A stretch of 58,077 bases of DNA, counting the filler, from Jimgerdemannia flammicorona (taxonomy: Eukaryota), in assembly GCA_003990765.1 (NCBI GenBank). It is 3 parts of 3 records of this genome, joined end to end, with 100 filler letters (N's around TTAATTAATTAA, not from the genome) between each part and the next. Parts side by side here need not be neighbours in the genome. Positions count along the whole stretch, not along the records: positions 19,395 to 38,686 come from RBNJ01001979.1; 2 more parts are not named here. The stretch is one strand, 5' to 3'. Below the pieces are notes generated by a model. That model searched no databases. It saw nothing but the letters and a program-made list of their open reading frames with translations, and had not been told where the DNA came from. Shown one piece after another: positions 21,986 to 33,581 of the stretch; positions within the stretch are counted from its first letter, which is position 1; each line of letters opens with the position of its first letter. The translations under genes were made by a program, and so were the position numbers.

Positions 21986-24900
21986 GATTGATTTATTGGT
22001 TGGCAGTATTTCGGGGTGTCTGTGAGAGAGCATCTGCATTGGAATTTGTTCTTCCAGGGCAGTACACAATGGTTATGTCATAGGCTTGTAGCATCATTAT
22101 CCATCTGGCATAGATTTCTTTGGGTTGTCCAGTTGTCAGTAGCCAGGTAAGAGCTGAGTGGTCTGTCTGGATGGTAAAGTATCTTCCAGCCAGATAGTAG
22201 TGGAACTTTTCCACAGTCCAGATAACTGTGAGACATTCCAACTTATAGGATTCATATTCTTTTTCAGCTCCTCAGGTTCTGTGACTAAGGTATATAATGA
22301 CATACTCTTTTTTGTCTTTCTTTTGAGCTAGAATTGCTCCTAGCCCCTGTGTACTTGCATCTGTCTGCAGAATGAATTCTTGAGTCCAATTGGGTCATTT
22401 GAGGATGGGTGCCTGGGTCAGTCTGATCTTGAGTTCATCAAATGCTTTTTGTTATCTGCCAGTCCACTGGAACTTGGTATCCTTCTTATTGAGTTCATAG
22501 ATTGCACCTGTGATGTTGGAGAATCCTCTAATAAATCTGTGATAGTAGGAGACAAGTCCCATGAAGGCTTGGGCTTCTGTAACAGTAGTGGGCCTTGAGT
22601 ATGCTGCTACTGCTTGTATCTTAAGGGGGTCTGTGTGTGTTCCATCTCAATTGATAACATGGCCAAGGTAGGAGATCTTGATTTCTGCAAACTTGCACTT
22701 CTTGGGTTTGATGTAAAGGCCATGTTGTCTTAGTCTCTCCATTATCTGCCATATGTGCTGCAGATGTTCTTCAGATGTCTTGCTGTAGATGATTACATTA
22801 TCAATATAAACCATCATCCATCTTCCCATATCATAGCAGAAGATTTTGTTCATCATTTGCTGGAAGCTTGCTGGTGTATTACACATCCTGAATGGCATTT
22901 GCAGGTAGATGTAGATTCCATCTGGGGTTATGAAGGCTGACTTTTCACTTGCTATTTCTGTGAGTCTGATTTGGTGGAATCCTGAGTATAAGTCCAAGGT
23001 GCTGTAGTACTGTGCTTCATCTCCTAGTGTTATGAGGATATCACTGATGAGGGGCAGTAGTTGGCAATCCTTCTTGGTAACTGCATTGAGCTTTCTGTAG
23101 TCAACACAGAGTCTTGGGGCAAATTCTCCAAGCTTGCTTCCTTTTTTTGGGGCTAGTACAACTGGTGAAGACCAGGGGCTGCTGGCTTTCTTGATAATAC
23201 CAGCTTCTTCCATCTGCTTGATTTCTTCTCTGAGCCATTCTCAGTAGGCTGGTGGGACAGGTCTTGCCTTCTGGTAAATTGGTTCAGTATCTCTGATATC
23301 TACCTCATAATAGTAGTGTGGAGTCTTTTCTTTGATATCCTTGAAATCTGTGACAAGAACATCCTCAAATTTACAGAGTAATTTCTTGAGTTCCTCCTTG
23401 AGTGGGAATTCATCTTCAATGGTGTAGCTGTGCTCATTTGTGGTTTCCTCCTTCTTATACTTCAGTTCAGTGATCTTGGTACTAGCAAATACTCCTCTTC
23501 CTCTGGATCTGAATCCTTTCTTTCCTCTTTTTATTTCCTCCAAATTCTTGACTTCTATGATCCTTAGTTGTAGGATTGGAAAGATCAACATCTGCGCCAG
23601 TTGATCCTTCTTCTTGACTGGGAATGGGATTGTAGGATTGTGATTCCTGGCAATGAGCAGGATTTCTCCAGTATAGTCAGAATTGATGACTCCCCCTTCA
23701 ATAGTAATTTTGCTTCTGGCCAGGCTGCTTCTTGTCTTGCAGATCCCAACATGATCCTTTGGAATGGTCATCTCCAGTCCAGTTGCAAGTAGGGTGGTTG
23801 TCAGGGGTTCCAGTATAGCTTCTTCTACTATGGCAATGTCCATTCCAGCTGCATTTTCTGACTTGTATTCTGGCAAAACTGCATCAGGGTGGGTCCTTCG
23901 AATCTTGACCTTGATTTCTTCTTCATCATCATTATCTTTCAGGAGGGCTGGTGGTTCATCATCTTCCTCCTCCTTCTCTTCTCTGGCCTGTTTTTCAAGA
24001 GCTTTCTGTCTTCTTTCCTGGTGGGTCTTCTTGATTCCAATAGTGCACTGGTAGCAATCATTGATATGCTCTATACAGTACATCTTGATCCCATGAGGAC
24101 AGACTCCTAGTGGTGCATAATTTTCTGCAATCTTCTTGCACCATTCTTCTTCACTCATCCATCCAACTTTCTTCTTTGGAGTAGTCACCATATAAGCTTC
24201 CTCTTGCTCACTCTCTTCTTCCTCCATGTCAGGCAAGACTCCTTTATTGATATTGATGGGAATTTGTATCTTCTGTCCCCAATAGGTGATTTGTATCTTC
24301 TGAGCATTAAGATCGATTACTGCCCTGGCTTTGTGAAGCCATTGATTGCCAATAAGGATATTATAGTTGGTAGCATTGGTTACGATTACATCTACTGGGA
24401 TGGTTGCTCCTCCAATCTTGATGGAGACATCTTGGATCTTTCCCAGAGGGGTGGCTCTTGTGCCATCTGCTGTGACAAACACCAACTTGGTTGCTTCTTC
24501 AATCTCCCAACCTAGGTGGTCTGCTGCCTTCTTGCTGAGAAGATATCCTTCTGTTCCAGTATTGATGATGGCTTCAAAGATTCTATCTTCAATTTGGTAT
24601 GTTATAGGCAGAGGTTTTGCAATTGTCTTCACTTTCTTCTCCTGAGTCCTCCTGAATATTATTGGCCTCAGTTATCTTCCATCCTTGCTCCTTGGTTATT
24701 TTGGTGAGTCTGAACCTCATTTGCTGTCTGAATGTTGGGATTTCTGTAAGCTGACCAAAAGTTGCGTTGACCTTTTGTTGGCTAAGGTCCTTGAAGATAT
24801 CATACTTGAAAGTCTTGGTCTTGCAAAGTTTCTTTTCTTTTTCTCCTTCACTGGCTGAAGTGGTTCCTCAGATAATATCTTGAACAGCTTGCTCCAGCTC

Positions 24901-25963
24901 CATATCTTAGTCCATCTCTTTGACTTGCATTTCCATAGTGATTTCCATTTGTTTTTCCACTGGATTCTTCTTGGATCTTCCTGGTGGTCTCTTGTAGGGT
25001 TCCTTGCAAACATCCTTCTTAGTGGTCTGGGCAAGATAGGCCTCCCATTCTTCTTCATTGGAATCTCCAATTTCTTCAAAGATAATTGTGTTGGCCTACT
25101 CCTTGTTTCTAGTAGCATTACTTGATTGGGCCTTGTGCTTGGTTTCACTCATGCATTCATAGAAGTAGTGGCCTTCTTCTCCACAGGTGTAGCAGGTACC
25201 TTTCTTCTTGTCTAAGGTGGCAGCAAACTTCTGAACAGGGCAGCAGTCCCTTTCTCTGATCTCCTTTACCATATCTCTCAGGTAGGCAGTCATTTCCACA
25301 AACCTCTTGGTAAGTTCCTCCAAAGAGTCACTGTTCTTTTGCTGCTCTGTAGCTTTTGGCTGAGGTGTGTTTCGATTGATCATTGTGATAGGGATCACAC
25401 TGCTTGTCTTGGGTGCTTCAATTCTGACTCCTGTGACCCTCTCCATTGTATGGTCTTGTGGGTATCTGACTATCCAGTATCGCTGAGCATAGGTGACCTT
25501 CTGTGATAGATCCAGAATTACTGGTGATGAGCAGATGGCCATGGCTATTTCTGGGTGGACTCCTTTCATGAAGGTTGCTTTGGCTACTTGGTCTCGGATA
25601 GTATTAGCATAATCTGTAAGGATTATCTGGTATCAGATTCTTGTGTAGAATGTGTTTGGATCTTTACTTATTTTGGCATGTTGTATTGAGCTGATCCTTT
25701 AGAGCTTGCTTGATCTCATCTGTATAGTAGGCATTTCAAAGCCAGGTCTTCTGTGCTATCAGTGTAGCATCAGCATTATTTCCTGCATGGTATACAGCTG
25801 TGAATGCTGCTCTTGCAGGGCCTTGTAGGCTAAAGGTCATAAGGGCTACTTGCTGTGCTGCTGTCAGGGCCCTTACAGTGGTATATTACTCGAAATCATC
25901 AATGAAGGTGATGATTGATTCATCTGAGGTATATCCATGAAATACTGGTGGTCTTATATCCAT
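21978..25963 (-). pseudogene. ORF1 Gag-PR-dUTPase-RT-RNase H polyprotein, copy 1 (stops, small indels)
   Basis: MDIRPPVFHG, CYTCGEEGHYFYEC knuckle, AIINTG protease, dUTPase, RT (SPWSSPVVL, LCVDYRKLN, LDLYSGFHQI, YIDN), RNase H (QTDAS, TDHSAL, NSNADALS). Confidence 0.9.
23499..23915 (-). CDS. dut: Trimeric dUTPase domain within gypsy Pol
   Basis: Five motifs: AAGMDI, TRSSLA, GGVINSDYTGEI, DQLAQML, RGKKGFRS. Confidence 0.93.
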
Positions 25964-26562
25964 CTTGTCTGGGTATTGGAGCTCAGTTTGTATAGTTGTT
26001 CAGGTAGTGGCAGTTGTTTGTTGTTCAGCTTGAAAGTGAGGGATTCGTCTTGAATCACCAGCCAATGGGCACTAAGTTGTAATGTAGCAGACACTTACTC
26101 TTGAAAGTATGTTGGATTTCTGTATCTTGAAAACTTGACTGTTCTGACTCTTGCAGAGTCCTTGGGGTTGCAGGGGAGGGTGGGTGAGTTCAAAGTATAT
26201 CTGCCCACAAGCTTACTAGTTCCTTTGCTATCTCTTTGCTTTTTGAACTATTTCAATCTGAGGCTTTATTCACTCTGAGATACTAGGTTATTTATACAAG
26301 TTTTGCTAGCTATAAGATGGCTAAGTTATGACTATGTTTCCTATATATGAGTCATTTCTTTCACAAGTGTTAAATCTTTAACATCTGATAATCATTGAAG
26401 AGTTTAACATCTGTGAATAGTTTAACATTCATGAAAACTTTAACATTTGTGAAATGACTGCTATCTGGGCTATATTATATTTGGGAATCAGATTCAGGTA
26501 CCATGATCAAATGTCTTATTCCCCTGATTCGTATTACTAATTCAGATCAACTGTCACACTAG

Positions 26563-29420
26563 TTATATGTTTTTATACTGTGTGATCTGCTTAATTATAT
26601 TCTCTTAATAATATTTCTTTATCTACCAAAATTCTCCAAGTATTACTCCTTAGAAATAGATCAGAGCTTGCTTATTATCTTTGAATAATCTATTTGATAA
26701 TTGTAATTTGGGTATAATATCTAATCCTTGGTGATCCACTCTTCTTTAGTTATATATTTTTTCTTATTTAGTAATTATTCTATTTAAAGTACTCTTAAAA
26801 CTCAGCATAATTCTGATAGACTCTAAGATATACAATATATGATTAGTGAGTCTGTATAATATTTTGAATACTATCAAAAGACTATTCTATAACAGGCAGC
26901 TCAATTGAATACTATTTTCTTTCAATAGCTTACTAGTCAGTACTTATAATTTTGGTAGTTATAATAGCACTTTATTGGTTTACTATAGTTTTTTTATTTT
27001 TTTTTTTATTTTTTTTTATAGTTACTTTGGACTTTACTATTTATTATCTATTCAGTCTATTAAGATATAATTACAATATCTCAACCCACTATCCAATCTC
27101 CTAAGAGGGACCTCCCACTATACTATTATAATTGAATGCTATCTTACTATCTCTCACTATAACTCTCCTTCTACTTAGTTAACTATAGTACTTCTTGAGT
27201 CAGCTTTAGTGAATAATATATAGCAGAGATAATTATGTCTAATAATTTTTATAGCCAAAAGGTGGTTTCTTTTATACATATTTTATATAATATAATATCC
27301 TTTTCACTTAGCTTTTGTTTTTGTAACTACATATAAAACTTCTATTATATTTTAATATATCAGAACTTTGTCTCTTATCTTAGTAATCTCTAAGTACTTG
27401 TAGATCTTTTCTCTATTATTCTATTGCAATGTCTGTATCTTGATTATCTAATCTTCAGGCTATGTTCTTATTTAATACAATCTCAATATCTTTGTATCTA
27501 CTTGTATATCTATATATTAGATAATAAGAATTCTTTAGAACTTTCTTCTCTAAATAGTAATTCTTAATAGGTGAAGTGAGTACTTTAATCATATATTCTG
27601 AAGAGTAGATAATATAGAAGGTAGATAGTTATCTCAATTTTCATAGTTATGGAAAATCTTAGCAATAATATTTTAAGAGTTTTGTTAGTTCTTTCTATCT
27701 GTCTATTTCTCTATAGATAAGCTATAGTTCAAATGTACTAAATTTTATACTTTTTATAGAGAACCTCAAAGAGCTTATTTATCAGAGTCTTAAATTATTA
27801 AATAAATTCTTTATAAAAAAATTAGCAATTGACTATATATTAGCTTCTTTTGTAAAGAGGTCCATAATGATAATGTTATATTAGCTATCAGTCAAAGTCA
27901 GAGGTATCAGATTAATTACATTAATTGCAATATGAGTAAATAATACTGATTTTATGTCTACTGATCCTAATATCTGATTTTATTAATCTTACTTCTGTTT
28001 CTAATATTTATTATAAGTCTTGACAAATCTTCTGATATCTTTCTCTATTTCAGACCAATACATTATTCTTCTTATCTTATTATAGATATTTGTACCTCCT
28101 AGATAACTAAATTTAGATACTGACTTTAATACTTATTTCTTCTCATACTCTGGTATGACTAATAGTTTCCCTTTTTTTGATTTTTTTCTATTAGTTTTGA
28201 ATTGTTTTCAGCTTCTGTTAATAATTATTTGTATTCATTTTTTAGATGTTAAAATATATTTAACAATCTTAGATAGATAATAATTCTATAGTAGAGATTT
28301 TTATACATTTTGGTTTTACTGGTTTAAGTCCTTCAAGATATCTGTGAGAGGATGTCTACATTGGTATTGACTCTTCTTGGGCAGTATATAATGGTTACAT
28401 TATAGACTTATAGTTTTATAATCTATCTAAAAAATATTCATTAGAGTTTTCTTATAGTCAATAACTAGATCAGGGGCTGAATATTAATCATAATAGTGAA
28501 GTGTCTTTCTGCAAGATAATATAGAACTTTTCTACAGCCCAGATAATAGCAAGATACTTCAGCTTTTTGAATTTATATTATCTTTCTCCTCTACAGATTC
28601 TTTAGCTGAGATATATAATCACATATTTAATTTTATTCTTATTTTATACAAAGTAGCACCTAGTCTAATTGAGCTCACATCTGTCTATAGAATAAACTCT
28701 GAAGATTAGTCAGATCTTCACAAGATAGGTACCTGGATCAATCAGGTCTTGAGATGTTCAAAAACTTATTATTATCTACTAGTCTATTGAAACTTAGTAT
28801 TTTTCTTAAATAGTTCATAGATAAGATTTGCATTATTGGAGAATCCTTTGATAAACATACTGTAATAAGTAGTAAGTCCTATAAAAGCTTGAGATTCTGT
28901 AACTGTGATAGATCTTGAGCAGACTGTGATTGCTTGAATTTTAATAAGATCTATATAGATTTTAGTCTAATTGATGATATATCTAAGATAAGTGATTTTG
29001 ATTTCTGAAAACTTACACTTCTTTGACTTAATATACAGATCATATATCTTAGTTTTTGTAAGATTTAGTAGATGTGATTTAGATATTCCCTAGCTATCAT
29101 GCTAAAGATATTATATTATTCACATATACTATAATCTATTTTTCTATATCTTTGTATAAGATCTTATTTATTATTCTCTGGAAACTTACTGGGGTATTGT
29201 ATATTCTGAATAGTATTTACAGTTAGACATAGGTTTCTAAAGTTCTGAGTATAAATTCAATATAATGTAGTATTGTACTTTATCTTCTATATGTATCACT
29301 AATGAGGAGCAGTAGTTGGTAGTCCTTCTTGGTGATCTCATTGAGCTTTCTGTAGTCTATATAGAGTCTTGGAGAAAATTCTTTTAACTTGCTTCCTTCT
29401 TCAGAATTAGTACAATTAAT
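26563..29420 (-). mobile_element. Older, heavily mutated related gypsy element (RT-RH-IN-ORF3) interrupted by copy 1; its 3' end continues at ~19660-19805
   Basis: Collinear, TpA-shifted similarity to copy 1 RT/RH/IN. The ORF3 homolog reads continuously across the CTAG insertion site. LTR-edge and purine-tract remnant at ~19725-19760. Confidence 0.8.
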
Positions 29421-30261
29421 AGTTAGGCTGTGCCACCACATATTGAGTTGCTATATAACTAAGATATTTCAATATGAATAAAGAGTAGAGCTATATTATT
29501 GATATTGCCATTAAATCGATCTTGCTTATAATTTATACCTATGAAAAAACAGCCATAGTTTGCTTTGAAACCCACATGTCGTGGTTTACGCTCTCACTGA
29601 TGGTGGTAAAGACGGAATATTCTGACTATGAGATGTGCCGAGATCGAGCAATGCAGGTTCACCCTACATACTCTTCCTGTATTTAACCAGAATAGAGAGT
29701 AATATAAATAAATTAATAATAATATTAAAACGAAAAGAAAAAGGGAGAAACCCTGTACTGAGATTAATATATTTGACAAAGAGCAGCATTTTGATTGCAG
29801 CGTTGCGATTGATGACGTAGATTTTGATGATGTCGACATTACTGGCGTAGTATCCACAACAAATAACTTGCCAAACATGAGCACGTTGTATGACGAATTG
29901 GGAACTTTGTACATGTTGATCGCACACCAAAATCACACAGGCTGCGGATATCGGCAGTTATGGAGAGGTTGGTCCAAAGTTGCATCCTGACCAGCGTCAC
30001 ACGGATACTCTCCCATATAAAATTATTTTATTTATTTGGTCTTTATCATGCCTTAATTCAAAGCCAATGTTCAAATGATAATACAACAATTTGATTTTTC
30101 TTTAAATATATATATTTTTATAAGCATAAGAATGGTTTTGTCTCAGAGTCAGTGCATAGCATGCTATTGTATCTAAGCATGTAAATACGTTCAAGTAAAA
30201 AAAAAAATAAAAAAAATAAAAAAAATACGAACTTATCTACGACAAAGCAAAAATTGGAGGT

Positions 30262-30969
30262 TTATGACCGTCGTTCTTTTTCGTAGATCCAGCAAAGTCT
30301 GCCGAGGTGCTTACAACGATCGCAAGGCGCGCCTCGACATCCTTTCTTATCCAATTTGCACCCAACGCACACTTTTCCAGGCGGGTTCCGTTTTGTGGTG
30401 ATGACGGTAAAGTGAACGCGGCATCGCCTCTTCCTCTTCAAACAGTCTGGACATGACTTGTATGGCATAGGTTTTTGTATAGAAGTCGGTGCTTGTTGTA
30501 TGATGTTCGCCGAAGAAGATAGTGGAAGAGATGGTGGACTGGCAAGGGGATTCCGAAAAATTGGCTCTGGCTTAGGTGTTGCTTGATACATAATTGCGTC
30601 GCCATTTGGGAAGTTACAAAGGTAAGATTCCGATTTGAAGTGAGGTTGTATGCCATCGAGGCGGCTGTGCGAGATTTGGTCTAAACCACCAATTGGAAGG
30701 ATGTTCATGTAGTAGGAAGGAGGTACACAGACAGGGGTACCGTATGGCACGGCGTTGTTACGAAGCACCGATTTGAGATAGTTTTGAAGGGTATTGAAGT
30801 TGCCATTGGGGCGTATCTGAGAGTGGCGGAGGAAGCACCAGGAATGTGATAAAAAAGGCGTGCTGGGCGAGCTGAGGTTGACGTCGCGAAAAATGAAAGA
30901 GGACAGCGACTGCGCCTCGGGCTTTGGAAGAGAGGGATGGAATTTTGTGGTGTGTGATTTGTTAGCCAT
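30262..30969 (-). CDS. Intronless C-terminal Zn(II)2Cys6-like zinc-cluster protein (paralog 1)
   Basis: CVGCKLDKKGCRGAPCDRCKHLGRLC preceded by CPDCLKRKRRCRVH. Pro/Ser-rich N-terminus. CpG-normal. Confidence 0.8.
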   Translation of the reverse strand: MANKSHTTKFHPSLPKPEAQSLSSFIFRDVNLSSPSTPFLSHSWCFLRHSQIRPNGNFNTLQNYLKSVLRNNAVPYGTPVCVPPSYYMNILPIGGLDQISHSRLDGIQPHFKSESYLCNFPNGDAIMYQATPKPEPIFRNPLASPPSLPLSSSANIIQQAPTSIQKPMPYKSCPDCLKRKRRCRVHFTVITTKRNPPGKVCVGCKLDKKGCRGAPCDRCKHLGRLCWIYEKERRS

Positions 30970-32179
30970 GTTCTGCTGTTATAAAAATTTCACGCGAAAA
31001 AAAGAGCCCTTTATACGATAACTATTCAGTTGTGGTTATCCGAATCCAAAACCGCCTGCCAAGTGGACATTTTGGGCATGTGACGTGTTCTGAAGTCTGC
31101 ATTGAGCGGTGTAACAGGAAAGAATGAAGTCGTTTAAAACAGCGGCTCCCCCCTGCATAGACTGTGTTGGACGGTGTAACATGAAAGAATAGGAAATTAT
31201 AAAAGGTGAGAATGTTACACCGTTTACGGATGCCCAACCCAACTTGACCCATGTGTAGGGAAGACTTCGTGGGACGGTGTAAAGGAAAGAATGATGCACG
31301 GTTTGTGGCTAGCGCATAATGATCAACGAGATATTTCGTGCTGCCTAATTCTTTTAATTACTAAATCGGGCCTTTCTCGAGTCATTCTCGGACAAGTAGG
31401 ATCGAATGAGACCGATAACATGGGGACTTGGCCCCAATGTGACCCATTATACCTTCATCCTATCTTCGCTCCGTGCCCAAGGTCATGAGACTTGTCGTGG
31501 TGGATTGAACATTTTTGCGAGCATCCGGAAAGGAAGAAGGTAATGGTCCCGATGGACAATGGCTCGGCCCACTATATGAATTTTCGAAAATGCTCATCTT
31601 CCGTGTGAGACAACATGGAATGTGTCTTAAGAATTCATGTAGATTGAATACATATCGCAGTTCGGAATATCGCGACGGGGATGATTGAAATTGGGAAAGG
31701 TTGTGCATCAAATCTTCGTGCTTAGGAGGTCATCGCCTTCTCGTTGTCATATTCACTCCGAAGCGCAAAATGTTTTCAAACAATATTCAAACTATCTAAG
31801 ATTAGATACAAAACTACAATATTCTGAAACCCAGTAAACCTTTACGATACGATATTCCACCCGTACCACGGCTCAGATACACTAAGGGGTTCACTCCCTT
31901 TCCTGATGAAAGTGAAAGTTTAATGATTTCCGAGTCCATCAGAACCTGCGGACACTCTTCCAAAATTGGGGGAAGGATTTACCTGCATGATCACGTCTTG
32001 ACACCATGTCTGCCTTCTTGGCCTGCTGTCCAACGGTCAACATTTGGGTGGCCAATTGGGCTCTCTCAACATGTCAAAGGTGGAGAAGTTCTCGTGCGAG
32101 ATTATCATGTTCGTTTTTTGAGCATGATATGACTCCTTATTGGATTGGTGCGACCCGAATGAGCAGCCAGGAAATGGGA

Positions 32180-32422
32180 GTCGTGACGGTGATTTCTTTA
32201 CGAAAGAGGTTCAAGTGTTGTATTCGGACACGGTCATGGCCACGGCGGTGACGAAATAATAATTATATAAGGTGACACGGTGACGGCTCGCATTAATTAC
32301 GGTCACTGAATCACGACGGTGGCGATCATCACGGTGATCATACTGTGGCGATCATAGCCACGGTGATCATCAGTGGCGATCATAGCCACGGTGACACAGG
32401 GGCACGGTGACACATGACGGCC
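32180..32422. repeat. GC-rich cluster of (C)ACGGTGA / GTGGCGATCATAGC motifs
   Basis: About ten ACGG-containing motifs, including tandem CACGGTGATCAT...GTGGCGATCATAGC units. Confidence 0.65.
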
Positions 32423-32933
32423 AAGGGAAGGGAAAACACGTCTCCTACTCAGTCGATTCAAGGTGCGGCTCACCATTCTTTGCCAGTATTACCTGTACCA
32501 TAAATTCCGATATATTCAAGTATATGTAATTACCGGTCGGTTGTATGTGATTCAAAGTTTTATTCAAATGGATACATCTGTCAAGCCTTCTGTTTATTGG
32601 AACCCATTCGTTCATTTACCCAAAAGTTAAGAAGGATACACGTAAAGCTTTCTCATACGAACCCCTATTTGTTTTATTCTCATTGTAATATTAATTCATA
32701 GAGCTTAATTTTAACTGGCGATTTAACTAACTCGCCAGATATATATTTGACTTTACATAAATATTTCCATATGCATAAATTTGAAGAGTTTGATCTTATG
32801 GTCATGCATGTCACACACTTTATATCTGTAAAATTAGTCATACTTAAACTTAAACTTATAAGTTGATCGGCGTCAAAAAGAGCCCGTAGATGGTTGACGG
32901 CAACGTCTATAGGTTTAAAATTTAGGGTCGCCA

Positions 32934-33581
32934 TTACTTATTGTCAACCCAACAAAATCTGTCGAGGAGGTTACAACGAGCGCAGGGTGCGCCTCGACAT
33001 CCTTTCTTATCAAATTTGCACCCAACGCACACCTTTCCAGGCGGATTCCGTTTTGTGGTGCTGACGGTAGCGTGAACGCGACATCGCCTCTTCCTCTTCA
33101 TGCAGTCGGGACATCTCTTGTATGGAATAGGTTTCGGTATGAAAGTGGTCAGGGTGGGGGTTTGTCGGTTGACGTTGGCGTTGGAAGGCAGTGGAGGAGA
33201 TGGTAAAATGGCAAGGAGATGCCCTGCTTTTGGCGTTGCTGGATTCATCACTGTGTCACCATTAGGAGAGTCGCTGGCGTAGGGTTCAGAGTGCGAGCTT
33301 CGGTCTATATTTCCAATTGGAATTGGTACACTTGTTGTGACGCCGTCCGGCATTACTCTGTCATGAAGCACCGATCTGACATGATCTTGAAGTATATCCA
33401 GATCGCCTTTTGGGAGCAACGGGGAGCGGAATAAGGGGCATAGGGCTTGAGATGAATGAGGCATGCTAGTAGGGCTAAGGCCAAGGTCGTCGAAGTCGCG
33501 AGAGGATCGAAATTGATCTCCTGGCCTAGGAAGAATGCGTCGGTATTTGGTGTACGAAGCGTCGTCTATGTTTGCTTCCAT
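32934..33581 (-). CDS. Intronless C-terminal Zn(II)2Cys6-like zinc-cluster protein (paralog 2)
   Basis: CPDCMKRKRRCRVH and CVGCKFDKKGCRGAPCARCNLLDRFC. First ATG at 33581. Clear paralog of 30262-30969. Confidence 0.8.
   Translation of the reverse strand: MEANIDDASYTKYRRILPRPGDQFRSSRDFDDLGLSPTSMPHSSQALCPLFRSPLLPKGDLDILQDHVRSVLHDRVMPDGVTTSVPIPIGNIDRSSHSEPYASDSPNGDTVMNPATPKAGHLLAILPSPPLPSNANVNRQTPTLTTFIPKPIPYKRCPDCMKRKRRCRVHATVSTTKRNPPGKVCVGCKFDKKGCRGAPCARCNLLDRFCWVDNK

Larger units (their letters stand above)
19810..26558 (-). mobile_element. Full-length Ty3/gypsy LTR retrotransposon with dUTPase (copy 1)
   Basis: LTRs 26078-26558 and 19810-20301 (TG...CA). CTAG TSD at 19806-19809 and 26559-26562. 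PBS-like sequence just inside the 5' LTR; purine tract next to the 3' LTR. Domain order gag-PR-dUT-RT-RH-IN. Confidence 0.95.

Noticed and set aside
21242..25125. Numerous plus-strand ORFs over gypsy copy 1 and minus-strand ORFs over copy 2
   Set aside because: Antisense shadows of gag-pol.
29560..29990. Possible two-exon gene fragment on the plus strand
   Set aside because: No start codon or homology clue; truncated against TE DNA, so too weak to call.
32265..32420. Possible CRISPR-like repeat-spacer array (also 5018-5092, 42060-42420)
   Set aside because: Eukaryotic context, irregular or absent spacers, degenerate repeats and no cas genes.
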